NCBI GenBank assembly: GCA_037442365.1
Contig: JBBIQK010000003.1
Span: forward strand, 40,526-104,525
Source of the DNA: Armatimonadota bacterium
Lineage (GTDB): Bacteria; Armatimonadota; Fimbriimonadia; Fimbriimonadales; GBS-DC
Direction: 5' to 3'
Length of the DNA: 64,000 nucleotides
Part shown: positions 30,129-40,086 of the stretch, in pieces
Layout of the letters: each line of letters begins with the position of its first letter
Position numbering within the stretch: the first letter of the stretch is position 1
The notes under the pieces: generated by a model
What the model was told of the DNA's origin: nothing
The model's input: the letters and a program-made list of their open reading frames with translations, nothing else
Databases searched by the model: none
Made by a program: the position numbers and the translations under genes

Positions 30129-31223
30129 ATGCACAGTCAACGGATTCTGAGTGCGCTCAGCGCATGCGTTTTGTTCGCTCTCTCGTGGATTCTCAGCGGC
30201 TGCGGCGGCGGCTCGACTCCTGCTACCGGCGGGACGCTCACAGGCTCAGCGGCGGTCAGCAGCTCCGCTGTCTCCCGCGTCGGACGCGCCAGCATCGGAA
30301 GCTTGCAGGAGCAGCTGAACCGCATCCGTCCCCCACAGGGTTCGCCCCTGAGCCGCTCGCGTGGGCGACAGGGACTGGACTTCGACGCGGAGCTGGGGCT
30401 TTACTACCGCTATCGCGTCGGTAGCTCAGGCGTGTGGATTGAGCTGTTCGAAGACTCGGCGGGACAACGCCCTGCCGGTGAGATTGTCTGCAAAGAGGAC
30501 GACAGCGCCTACGAGACCATCGTCAGCGTCGGCGAAGGCGCCCAGCAGCAGCGCGCCTACTTCCGCATCGTGGAGACCAGCAACCCCGAGCGCTTCAAGC
30601 TCCGCGCCCGCTACGAAGACCCACGCACCGGCGAACGACAGAGCATCGAGGGCGACCTGATTGTCGAGCCGAGCAATCGTCCCACCAACGAAGAGGAGAA
30701 TTCTGCAGAGGACTGGACCGAAGAGTTCGAGTGGTGGGAGAATGACGGCTACTGCGGCGACGACTACTTCGGCGGCGAGGACGAATTTTTCGGCGAGGAA
30801 GAATACTTCGACTGCCCCGACGAAGCGGAGAACGACAATTACGAGAGTGTGGACGACTTCGTGGTGGTTGGTTTCGAGGGAACGATTACCTACGAAGGCT
30901 GCGGCGCGACGGTATCGATTACCTGCACACTGGACTACACAACGGGCGTTCTGTCGGGCGAGGTCGCGATTGACGAAACCATCACAGGCAGCGTCGAGTG
31001 CGATTACGACACGAACCAGGGGCAGATGACCCTCGACACGCCGCAGGGTCAGGTGCAGGTGGTGTTCAACGGCGATGTGATCGAGGTGCGGTATCCGAAC
31101 GGGCGCATCGAACGGGTCAATCCCACCCAGTGGGCGAACCCGTGCGCGGGCGTCTCCCAGGCGCAAGCGATTTCTCGCACCGCGCGATTCGACGCATTTA
31201 GAGAACGGCGTCGACCAAGCTAA
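30129..31223 (+). CDS. Lipoprotein of unknown function with an acidic tract
   Basis: LSGC lipobox followed by GGG; D/E-rich segment; GAGGAGG RBS. Confidence 0.75.
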   Translation: MHSQRILSALSACVLFALSWILSGCGGGSTPATGGTLTGSAAVSSSAVSRVGRASIGSLQEQLNRIRPPQGSPLSRSRGRQGLDFDAELGLYYRYRVGSSGVWIELFEDSAGQRPAGEIVCKEDDSAYETIVSVGEGAQQQRAYFRIVETSNPERFKLRARYEDPRTGERQSIEGDLIVEPSNRPTNEEENSAEDWTEEFEWWENDGYCGDDYFGGEDEFFGEEEYFDCPDEAENDNYESVDDFVVVGFEGTITYEGCGATVSITCTLDYTTGVLSGEVAIDETITGSVECDYDTNQGQMTLDTPQGQVQVVFNGDVIEVRYPNGRIERVNPTQWANPCAGVSQAQAISRTARFDAFRERRRPS

Positions 31224-31279
31224 CCCAATTGCATCGGCGGGCAGAGTGGATTGCCCGCCGATTTTTTGCATCCGACGAC

Positions 31280-32419
31280 TCAGCCGCGCTGGTCGATAGG
31301 GGTAAAGGGCAGGTCGCGGGGACCATTGTAGTCGCTGCGCGGACGGATGAGACGGTTGTTGTCGTGCTGTTCGATGATGTGCGCCGACCAGCCCACAATC
31401 CGCGCCGCCGCAAAAATGGGCGTGTAGAGCGGGATGGGGATGCCCATCATATAGTAAATCGCCGCCGCGGGGAAGTCCACATTCGGGTACAGGTTCTTCT
31501 CACGCAGCATCACGCGCTCCATCGTCTCCTGAATCTGGTAGAGGTCGGCGCGTCGCGTCTGCTCGGCGACCTGACGCACATAGTCTTTGAGGATGACCGC
31601 GCGGATGTCGCCTGTTTTATATTCCCGATGCCCGAAGCCCATGATGCGCGCTTTCTGGGCGAGTTTCTCCATCACCCACGATTCGGCGCGTTCAGGCGCG
31701 CCGATGTCGAGCATCGCCTCCATCGCGGCTTCGTTCGCGCCGCCATGCAACGCCCCGCGCAGCGCGCCAATCGCCCCCGTCACTGCCGAATACATATCCG
31801 CCAGCGTGGAGGCAATCACCCGCGCCGTGAAGGTGGATGCGTTGTAGCCGTGTTCGGTGTAGAGGATGAAGGTGAGGTTCATCACCTGCGCGTGCAGCGG
31901 CTCTGGCTCGCGGTCAAAGAGCATATACAGGAAGTTCGCCGCATGTCCCAGGTTGGGGTTCGGCTTCACAGGCTCCTGCCCCTGCAGGATGCGATAGCCG
32001 TTGGCGACCAGCGTCGCCATGCTGGCGGTGAGCCGAATCGCCTTTTTGAGGTTGGCGTCGTGCGAGTGGTCGTCGGCGTGGGGGTCGAGCATGCCGAGCG
32101 CGGCGACGCCCGCCTGCAACGCCGCCATCAAATTGCCGTCCCGTGGCAGGGCGCGTAGTACCGCGTAGACTTCGGCAGGCAGCTCGCGGTGGGCAACCAG
32201 CTCTGCCCGGAACGCCTCCAGTTGCGCGCGAGTCGGCAGCGCACCCATCAGCACCAGATAGGCGACCTCTTCGAACGAGCAGTGCTGCGCCAGGTCGCGA
32301 ATGTCGTAGCCGCGATAGATCAGTCGGTTCTCGGCGGCAATCACATCCGAAATCGCGCTAATGCCCGCCGTCACGCCTTCCAAGCCCGGACGATAGGGAA
32401 TAATCTCTTTATCGCTCAT
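31280..32419 (-). CDS. Citrate / 2-methylcitrate synthase
   Basis: GLEGV, EHGYNASTF, LHGGAN, GFGHR, PNVDF. Confidence 0.95.
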   Translation of the reverse strand: MSDKEIIPYRPGLEGVTAGISAISDVIAAENRLIYRGYDIRDLAQHCSFEEVAYLVLMGALPTRAQLEAFRAELVAHRELPAEVYAVLRALPRDGNLMAALQAGVAALGMLDPHADDHSHDANLKKAIRLTASMATLVANGYRILQGQEPVKPNPNLGHAANFLYMLFDREPEPLHAQVMNLTFILYTEHGYNASTFTARVIASTLADMYSAVTGAIGALRGALHGGANEAAMEAMLDIGAPERAESWVMEKLAQKARIMGFGHREYKTGDIRAVILKDYVRQVAEQTRRADLYQIQETMERVMLREKNLYPNVDFPAAAIYYMMGIPIPLYTPIFAAARIVGWSAHIIEQHDNNRLIRPRSDYNGPRDLPFTPIDQRG

Positions 32420-32472
32420 CGTTGCCTCCAGATTCTGTGGCGACATTGCCTGCGTCGCGCCTATAGGATACC

Positions 32473-34152
32473 CTACTGGCATCCCGCGCCGAAATAGAAC
32501 AGCACCTCCAGCAGGTCTGAATCGTCCACCGTGCCGTCGCCGTTGATATCCGAGTTGAGCATGAACGCAGTTCGCCCGAAGTCGAACAGCACCTGCAGCA
32601 GATCGGTGTCGTCCACACAGCCGTTACGATCCACATCGGCGCGCAGGAGCGACTGCGCGGTGTTCAGCGCATAGGCGACGCGCACTGTCGCAGAAGCAAA
32701 AGGTTGCATCTCCAGCGTCCACTGATACGCGCCCGTGAAATCGCCCTCAAACGGCAATTCGCCGTCCGCAAGGTTATCGGCGTTCGTGTCTGTCAACAAG
32801 TCGATAACCTGCGGATAGGGTGCCGCTTGCCAGTGCGTGTACGGGGCGAGCGGAACAAGGCGACACAGGTCGCTTTGCGTCTCCACCCGAATCTGCTCTG
32901 GGCTGCCGTTGGCTTGGTTGGTCGTCGCGCCGCTCAGATCGATGTCTGCGTAGTGATACAGATGGATTGTTCGGGGGGTAAACTGGAAGTTAATTGCCAG
33001 CACATCGGCGTACAGAACGCTCCCGCCGTCGGCAGTCGCACGGAGTTCGTATTGCACAGCGAGGATCAGTCCCTCTTCCATGTACGCCATCACCACATGG
33101 TCGGGGGTTGCCTGGTCGTAGTAATAAAAGTTGCTGATGGTTCGCTCGCGTGTATGGGTCTCCTGCACTCGATACCACCAGCCCATCGTGTAGAAGTGGT
33201 CGGCGCCGTTGTGGAGCCAGTCGGCGTTGTTGAAGGGGAACCGTGTGGGACTGCCCGCGAGGTCGCGCAGGCGGAACTCGGCGTTCGCGCTTTGCAACAC
33301 TATCTCGGTCGGCAAGGGCGCGCTCACCCGCAGGCGATAGTAGCCGCCCCAGAAGGCGTAGCCACGCACAAACACATAGTAGGTTCCGCGCGGCGCGAGC
33401 GGTATCTGCACCTCCGACGCGCCCGGACTCATGGGATCCCATGCCGACTCGTCATTCTCGTAGACCTGTCCATCGGGCGCGACGACGCGGATAAGCGTGT
33501 CCACATAGGTCTGGGTGCGGATGGTGAGCGTCTGCCCCGTGTTGTCCAGCTCGAAGCGGTACCCATCGACATCGCCGCCGCCGTAGTTCAAGAAGCGGAA
33601 ATCTTGCGTGATCAGTTCGCCGCCAGAGAGTCGCCCCAGATTGATGGCTTGCTCGGTGGTGTCGTTCGGCTCGGTGGGGTCATAGTCGGGCGCAGTCGTA
33701 CCAGGAAAGGCTCGCAGGGCATAGCGCGCGCGTCCCAAATTGAAGTAGTAAGCGACTTCCACAGTGTAGGTTCCCTCGCTGAGGGTCACTGTGACGCCCG
33801 ACGCGAGTCGGTTCAGGCGCATGTCGGGGTTGCCGTCGTTGTCGTTCTCGGCAATCAGCGCGCCGCTGGCGTCGTAGAGGCGCAGCACGGTATCGAGATT
33901 CGTGTCTACCCGTAGCGAGTAGATTCCTGCCTGTGCGACCTGGAACCGATAAAAATCGCGATCGCCGACGGGCAGCAGGGTCGCGTCCCAGACGAAAAAC
34001 CCCTTCGCACCATTCACCGGCGTGTCGATGACCTGTGGCGTGGTCAGGCTGTTGTTCGGTTCCCGATCTTGGTAGGGCGTCATCTGAATTTGCGCCAGTG
34101 CGCAACCAAGGGTCGCTCCAATCACTGCCAGCAAGCCTGCCTTTCTAAACAT
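32473..34152 (-). CDS. Secreted protein with two PPC-like domains and dockerin-like C-terminus
   Basis: EPNN/EPND, D-DFY-F, DT-L-L, ENDN repeats; DDxDLLxVLFxFG twice. Confidence 0.8.
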   Translation of the reverse strand: MFRKAGLLAVIGATLGCALAQIQMTPYQDREPNNSLTTPQVIDTPVNGAKGFFVWDATLLPVGDRDFYRFQVAQAGIYSLRVDTNLDTVLRLYDASGALIAENDNDGNPDMRLNRLASGVTVTLSEGTYTVEVAYYFNLGRARYALRAFPGTTAPDYDPTEPNDTTEQAINLGRLSGGELITQDFRFLNYGGGDVDGYRFELDNTGQTLTIRTQTYVDTLIRVVAPDGQVYENDESAWDPMSPGASEVQIPLAPRGTYYVFVRGYAFWGGYYRLRVSAPLPTEIVLQSANAEFRLRDLAGSPTRFPFNNADWLHNGADHFYTMGWWYRVQETHTRERTISNFYYYDQATPDHVVMAYMEEGLILAVQYELRATADGGSVLYADVLAINFQFTPRTIHLYHYADIDLSGATTNQANGSPEQIRVETQSDLCRLVPLAPYTHWQAAPYPQVIDLLTDTNADNLADGELPFEGDFTGAYQWTLEMQPFASATVRVAYALNTAQSLLRADVDRNGCVDDTDLLQVLFDFGRTAFMLNSDINGDGTVDDSDLLEVLFYFGAGCQ

Positions 34153-34218
34153 AGCACACCTCAGAGGTAGAGCGTGCTGGGTGCGCCGACGCGGAGCACC
34201 CAGCATGTCGATGATACC

Positions 34219-35784
34219 CTATGAGGCGCGTTCGCGCTCCTGCTGCACCAGCACGCGCCGCAAGATTTTACCCGACGGCGATTTGGGGATTTGCTCCACG
34301 AACTCGAGGCGTCGGAGTTTTTTGAACGGGGCGACGCGCGCGCTCACATACTCCATCAGCTCCTCGGCGGTCGCCGCGCCCTTCAACACCACGAACGCTT
34401 TGGGAACCTCGCCCGCTTCGGGGTCGGGGCTGGGAATGACCGCCGCGTCCGCAACCGCGGGATGCGTCAACAGCACCGCCTCCAGCTCCGCAGGAGCTAT
34501 CTGCAGCCCCTTGTACTTAATCATCTCTTTCACGCGGTCGACGATGTAGAAGTAGCCGTCTTCGTCCACATAGCCGACATCGCCCGTGCGCAGCCAGCCG
34601 TCGGGCGTAAGCGTCTGCGCGGTCGCGTCGGGGTTATTGAGGTAGCCCTTCATCACCTGCGGTCCGCGGATCCAGATTTCGCCCTCCTCGCGCACGCCGA
34701 GCGGGTTGCCCGTCTCCAGACTCACAATCGCGCATTCGGTGCTGGCGATGGGTACGCCTGCCGAACCGAGCTTGATACGCGCGGGGTCTTCGGGGTTCAC
34801 ATGCGTCACGGGGCTGGTCTCGGTCAGCCCATAGCCCTGCAGCACGATACAGCCGAGCCGTTCGGCGCACGCCTGCGCCAGCTCCGCGCTCAACGGCGCC
34901 GCGCCCGACATGATAATCTTCAGATGCGAGAGGTCGTAGTGGTCCACAAGCGGGTGCTTCGCCAGCGCGAGGATAATCGGCGGCACGAGGTTCGCCCGCG
35001 TAATCTGGTAGTCCTGCAGAATCTTGAGGAACTGCTCCAGATCGAACCGCGCCATCGTGACGATGGTCATCCCCTTATACAGGCACAGGTTCAAAATCAC
35101 CAGCATCCCGTAGATGTGATAGAAGGGCAACACGCCAATCACGCGCTCGTCGCGCTGGAGGTTCACGCCCGACGCCAGCACCTGTACCATGTTGGCGACG
35201 AGGTTACGATGAGTGAGCATGACGCCCTTGGGCAAGCCGGTTGTGCCGCTGGAATAGGGCAGCACCACCAGGTCTTCGGCGGGGTTGAGCGCGACTTCGG
35301 GCGGCTCGGCGTCGGCGAGCAGTTCGGTGAAGGGCGTCGCGCCTTCGCCCTCGCCCATCACGAACACCTCCTGCACGCCCGCCTGCTGCGCCGCAGGGAT
35401 CGCCTTCTCCAGCAGGGGTCCGACCGTAATCAGGAACTTTGCGCCCGAATCGCGCAGCTGATACGCCAGCTCGTCGGCGGTATAGAGCGGGTTCGCTGTC
35501 GTGACCACGCCGCCTGCCAGCGCGACGCCGTGATACGCCAGCGGGTATTCGGGCAGGTTTGGACTGTAAATTCCGACCACTTCGCCCTTGCGTAGCCCGC
35601 GCTTCGCCAGATTGCCTGCCACGCGCCGCACACCCCCATAGAGCTGTGCGTAGGTGAGCGTGCGCCCTGTGTGCCCGTCAATCATCGCGGGCTTGTCGCC
35701 ATAGTCCAACGCATGCTGATAGACCATCTGCGCGACCCCCACTTCGGGTATCGCCACATCCGCATAAGGACTCCTGAACACCAT
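34219..35784 (-). CDS. 4-coumarate--CoA ligase-like AMP-binding enzyme
   Basis: YSSGTTGLPKG, QGYGLTE, GEIWIRG, SGKILRR. Confidence 0.92.
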   Translation of the reverse strand: MVFRSPYADVAIPEVGVAQMVYQHALDYGDKPAMIDGHTGRTLTYAQLYGGVRRVAGNLAKRGLRKGEVVGIYSPNLPEYPLAYHGVALAGGVVTTANPLYTADELAYQLRDSGAKFLITVGPLLEKAIPAAQQAGVQEVFVMGEGEGATPFTELLADAEPPEVALNPAEDLVVLPYSSGTTGLPKGVMLTHRNLVANMVQVLASGVNLQRDERVIGVLPFYHIYGMLVILNLCLYKGMTIVTMARFDLEQFLKILQDYQITRANLVPPIILALAKHPLVDHYDLSHLKIIMSGAAPLSAELAQACAERLGCIVLQGYGLTETSPVTHVNPEDPARIKLGSAGVPIASTECAIVSLETGNPLGVREEGEIWIRGPQVMKGYLNNPDATAQTLTPDGWLRTGDVGYVDEDGYFYIVDRVKEMIKYKGLQIAPAELEAVLLTHPAVADAAVIPSPDPEAGEVPKAFVVLKGAATAEELMEYVSARVAPFKKLRRLEFVEQIPKSPSGKILRRVLVQQERERAS

Positions 35785-35853
35785 CGTTGCGCCTCCAGAG
35801 GGAATATATGCGTTTTGTGAAAAAATTCCTGCCGCGCGGTACAATTGGCGTGT

Positions 35854-36837
35854 ATGCTCCTGGTGATTGGCGGCGCGGGCTACATCGGCTCGCACATGGT
35901 GAAGTACCTGCTCCACAAAGGCGAGTCAGTCGTTGTCTTCGATAATTTCGCAACGGGGCATCGCGGCGCGCTCACGGGCGGCTTCCTCGAACAGGGCGAC
36001 CTGCGCGACATGGAGACCCTGCTCGGCGTGTTCCGCAAGTATCCGATTGAGTGCGTGCTGCATTTCGCCGCGTATATCTTTGCGGGCGAGTCGATGCGCG
36101 ACCCTGCGAAGTATTACGACAACAATGTGCTGGGTTGCCTGCGCCTGATGGAGGCGATGCGCCTCGCGGGTGTGTCGCAGATAATCTTTTCCTCAACGGC
36201 GGCGGTGTACGGCGAGCCTGAACAGGTTCCCATCCCCGAGACGCACCGCCTCGCGCCCACGAACACCTACGGTGAGACGAAGCGCGTGATGGAGGGCATG
36301 CTCCACTGGTACGGGCAGGCGTATGGGATTCGCTCGATTGCGCTTCGCTATTTCAACGCGGCGGGCGCTGACCCCGAGGGTGAACTGGGCGAAGACCACC
36401 GCCCCGAAGAGCATCTCATCCCGCTCACGCTGTTTGCGGCGCTGGGCAAACGCGAATCCATTTCGGTGTTCGGCACGGATTACGACACGCCTGATGGCTC
36501 CTGCGTTCGCGACTATGTGCATGTGTGGGATTTGTGCGAGGCGCACTATCTGGCGCTACAGCAGTTGCGGGCAGGCGCGCCGAGCAATGTGTACAATCTC
36601 GGCAACGGGCAGGGCTACTCGGTGCTGGAGGTGATTCGGGCGGCGGAGCAGGTGGTCGGCGCGCCGATTCCGACGGTGTACGCGCCGCGTCGGGCGGGCG
36701 ACCCCGCGCGGCTGGTCGCCTCGTCCGAGAAAGCGAAACGCGAGCTTGGCTGGCAGCCGCGCTACCCCGCGCTGGAGACCATGATTGAACACGCCTACCG
36801 CTGGTTCCGAACGCACCCGCAGGGGTATGGCGTCTGA
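35854..36837 (+). CDS. galE: UDP-glucose 4-epimerase
   Basis: GGAGYIGSH, FSSTAAVYG, YGETK, LRYFN. Confidence 0.95.
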   Translation: MLLVIGGAGYIGSHMVKYLLHKGESVVVFDNFATGHRGALTGGFLEQGDLRDMETLLGVFRKYPIECVLHFAAYIFAGESMRDPAKYYDNNVLGCLRLMEAMRLAGVSQIIFSSTAAVYGEPEQVPIPETHRLAPTNTYGETKRVMEGMLHWYGQAYGIRSIALRYFNAAGADPEGELGEDHRPEEHLIPLTLFAALGKRESISVFGTDYDTPDGSCVRDYVHVWDLCEAHYLALQQLRAGAPSNVYNLGNGQGYSVLEVIRAAEQVVGAPIPTVYAPRRAGDPARLVASSEKAKRELGWQPRYPALETMIEHAYRWFRTHPQGYGV

Positions 36838-36843
36838 GACCGC

Positions 36844-38784
36844 CTACAGCTCGTAGTTGCTCGCCGTGAGGGTGAACTCCAGCCGTTTGCCCGCCCGCTC
36901 GACGGTGAGTTTGAGCGGGCGTCCCACGCGCGTGTAGGAGAGCCGCTCCACGAGCTGCTTCTCGCTCCAGCGGGCGGGCGACTGCCCGTCGATCAGCACG
37001 ATTTTGTCGCCCGCTTTGACGCCCGCCATGTCCGCGTCGGACATGGGCATCACCCAGCGCACGATGAGGTCCTTGCCCTGCTTGCGCCACCAGATGCCGT
37101 AGCCCGCGTTGTCGGCGGCGCGCTCCGAATCCGTGTTCGGCTGCCACACCATCGCCTCGCGGAAGTAGTTGTAGGTCACCTTATAATGGCGCATAATCGG
37201 CACGCCCAGCAGCCCGTGGCGCGTCATCAGCGCGGTCACCGAATCGGAACGCGCATTCTCCGAGAGCTTGTGGTAGGCGTACACCGAGTTGAACTGCAGC
37301 GGACCCAGCCGCATGCGGTTGATTCGGTACACGCGCAGGTCGCCCGTGAAGAAGCTATACTCGTCACCCTCAAAAAACTCGCCCAGCCGCTTGTACCACT
37401 GCTCGATGGTCATCGCGGGTCCGTCGCTCTTGTCGTGCTTGTAGGCGGGCGGTAGCAGGTTCGTGGACGCGCCCGTGTCCACAATCATGCGGATGGGCTG
37501 CTCCTTTTGCCCGACGGTCATTGTGACCATGATGTGGTCGCCCGCCATCTCGAAGGGGATGACCACGCCGTCGGGCATGGGGGCGTCGTGCGGTTCGAAG
37601 GTGATGGTGCGCTCGGCGAAGTTGACAGTCGTCTGGAACGCGGCGATGGTCTCGCGCCCCAGCAGTCCTATCACGCGCTTGCCCTCGATGGCGTCGTCGC
37701 CCAGAGGCGTGCGCCACACCGCGCCGCCGCTAATCACAATATCGCGCACTTCCGCCTCGCCCACCTTGAGGCTCTTGACCCGCACGCGATAGGACGGGAA
37801 CGCCCCGTACACCATCGTCGCCCAGTAGTCGCTGTTGGGAATCTTCTCCAGCCCCGCCTCTTTAACGATGGAGTCGTCGATCCATGTGCTGGACGCGCCC
37901 GTGTCGTAGATAATCCAGTAGGGTCCCTTGCCGTTCAGCCAGACCTGCACATAGAGCGAGTTGGTGCTGAACTTGAAAGGCACTTTGACGGGCAGGTTGT
38001 CGCGCACGGCGGGTGAGGTTCCATGCGGCGGTCGCTGGAAGAGTGTGTCGGCAAGCTCGGTCTGCGCATCAACGGCGGTCATCACATAGGTCGCCACATG
38101 CCTGCCGTCCACATACATGCGCGTCTCGAGGGGCATCTGCACCTCGCCCTGCGGGGTGGGCACAGCGCGCTGCCCATGATAGACCACCCCCACACGGCTG
38201 ACTTTGTCTGTCTCGTAGTCCACCTCCTGGTACTCCATGCCGACAATCTGGTTCTGCTCGTTGAGGAAGCAGTGCAGTTTGTTGTCGGGTTTTTTGGGCA
38301 GGCTCCGCTGGTGGTCGGGTTCGGGCAGCTGCACGGTGATTCGGTAGGCGGGGCGTCCATCGGGCAGCTGGCTCTGCTCGCCGCCGACCAGCGTTCCCAC
38401 AGACAGCCACTGCGGAATCAGCACAAAGTGGGTGTAGAGCGTGTCCTTGATGGCGAACTCGTCTTCCTGCGCAATGCTGGAGCTGAGGTACTCGTTTTTG
38501 CGCCAGCCTTTGTCGCCGTCGAAGCCCGTGATGAACTCGTCGTCGCCGTAGCGGATTTCGGTGAGCCGTTTGGTGTTTTTGATGTGCAGCGTACGTTTCG
38601 CCGCGCTTTTCCCACCGTACTCGCTGGTGATGTCGTAGTCGATTTTGACGCCGCGCGCGGCGAGGGCGCGATAGGCGTCGCCGCCGTGTCGCTGAATCGC
38701 CTGTTCGAAGCGAGTCGCGGCGTCGTCGCCGAACGCGCATGCGAGCATCAACAGGAACCCAAGAACCCCAGAAAGCCGATACAT
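36844..38784 (-). CDS. Secreted tandem retropepsin-like aspartyl protease with PDZ domain
   Basis: Two DTGAS motifs, each followed by GLLG; C-terminal AGVKAGDKIV PDZ. Confidence 0.87.
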   Translation of the reverse strand: MYRLSGVLGFLLMLACAFGDDAATRFEQAIQRHGGDAYRALAARGVKIDYDITSEYGGKSAAKRTLHIKNTKRLTEIRYGDDEFITGFDGDKGWRKNEYLSSSIAQEDEFAIKDTLYTHFVLIPQWLSVGTLVGGEQSQLPDGRPAYRITVQLPEPDHQRSLPKKPDNKLHCFLNEQNQIVGMEYQEVDYETDKVSRVGVVYHGQRAVPTPQGEVQMPLETRMYVDGRHVATYVMTAVDAQTELADTLFQRPPHGTSPAVRDNLPVKVPFKFSTNSLYVQVWLNGKGPYWIIYDTGASSTWIDDSIVKEAGLEKIPNSDYWATMVYGAFPSYRVRVKSLKVGEAEVRDIVISGGAVWRTPLGDDAIEGKRVIGLLGRETIAAFQTTVNFAERTITFEPHDAPMPDGVVIPFEMAGDHIMVTMTVGQKEQPIRMIVDTGASTNLLPPAYKHDKSDGPAMTIEQWYKRLGEFFEGDEYSFFTGDLRVYRINRMRLGPLQFNSVYAYHKLSENARSDSVTALMTRHGLLGVPIMRHYKVTYNYFREAMVWQPNTDSERAADNAGYGIWWRKQGKDLIVRWVMPMSDADMAGVKAGDKIVLIDGQSPARWSEKQLVERLSYTRVGRPLKLTVERAGKRLEFTLTASNYEL

Positions 38785-38874
38785 CGCAAGACCTCCGCTG
38801 CTTAAAATACTACCCAGACACGCCGATTCCTGTCAGGAGGGGCTATTTTGAGGCAGTTTGGTATAATTTGCGCA

Positions 38875-40083
38875 ATGCCCATCTTCCGCTATGTTGCGCA
38901 GACGCCCGAAGGGCGTGAGGTGCGCGGCACGGTACAGGCGCGCACGCGCCTGGAGGCGACCGACGCTGTGCGCCAGCAGGGCTACTGGCTGCTGGAGCTG
39001 TACGCCGAGCCAGAGCCGACCACGCCGATACACGCTGCACGCCAGGGCGTCTGGCAGCCCCTGTTCGGCGGCGTGCCCCTCAAGACGCTGGCGCTCTTCT
39101 TCCGACAGTTCGCGACGATGCTGGCGGCGGGCGTGCCGATGTACCAATCGCTGGAGACGCTGGGCAATCAGCGCGGGGGCAACGCGCGCCTGCGCCGTAC
39201 CCTCCACGAGATTCGCGACTCGATTCTCGCGGGCGAGCGGCTCGCCGACGCCTTCGACAAGCACCCCGCCGTCTTCTCGCCGATTATCCGCGCCATGATT
39301 CGCGTGGGCGAGACCAGCGGCGCGCTGGAAGCCATCCTGCGCAAAATCGCCGAGTATCTGGAGAACGAGCTGGAGCTGCGCCGCCTGCTGAGCCGCGTGA
39401 CCTTCTACCCCAAGACTGTGCTGTTTTTCGCGATTGTGATTCCGCAGCTCATTCCCGCGCTGATTACGCTGGTGGGGGCGCAGGGAGGCGCGCCTGTGAG
39501 TCAGGCGTTGATGGGCATCGCGCTCACCTTCGCGAAAATCCTGCTGGCGATTTTCGTCGTCTGGGCAGTGTTTCGGCTGGCGATGCAGGCGCAGGGGTTC
39601 CGCTGGGGCTGGGGGCTGTTCACAGTGAGCCTGCCGTGGATCGGGTTCACCGTGCGTCAGCTCGCGCTGGCGCGGTTCGCCCGTGCGCTGAGCGCACTCT
39701 ATGGCGCGGGACTGCCCCTCTCGCAAGCCATCCGCTACGCCGCCGACGCCACCGGCAACGAGTACCTGCGCAGCCGCATCCAGCCCGCAGGCTCGAAACT
39801 GGAGTCGGGGCAGAGCATCACGCAGACCTTTCTCAGCACAGGCGTCTTCCCGCCGATGGTGATGGATATGGTCGCCACGGGCGAGAACACGGGCGAGCTG
39901 GGTTTTATGATGGACAAGGTCGCCGAGTATTACGAGGAGGAAGGCAAACTCCGTTCGCGACAGGCGGGCTACATTCTGGGCGTGGCGGTCTACATCGGCG
40001 TGGCGATTTATGTGGCAATCATTCTGATCCAGTTTTACTCAGGCTATTTTGGCGCGATTTTCAACGCGGCGGGCGAACGCTGA
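38875..40083 (+). CDS. Type II secretion F / PilC family inner membrane protein
   Basis: RQFATML-AGVP, GETSGAL, GENTGEL. Confidence 0.92.
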   Translation: MPIFRYVAQTPEGREVRGTVQARTRLEATDAVRQQGYWLLELYAEPEPTTPIHAARQGVWQPLFGGVPLKTLALFFRQFATMLAAGVPMYQSLETLGNQRGGNARLRRTLHEIRDSILAGERLADAFDKHPAVFSPIIRAMIRVGETSGALEAILRKIAEYLENELELRRLLSRVTFYPKTVLFFAIVIPQLIPALITLVGAQGGAPVSQALMGIALTFAKILLAIFVVWAVFRLAMQAQGFRWGWGLFTVSLPWIGFTVRQLALARFARALSALYGAGLPLSQAIRYAADATGNEYLRSRIQPAGSKLESGQSITQTFLSTGVFPPMVMDMVATGENTGELGFMMDKVAEYYEEEGKLRSRQAGYILGVAVYIGVAIYVAIILIQFYSGYFGAIFNAAGER

Positions 40084-40086
40084 GCC

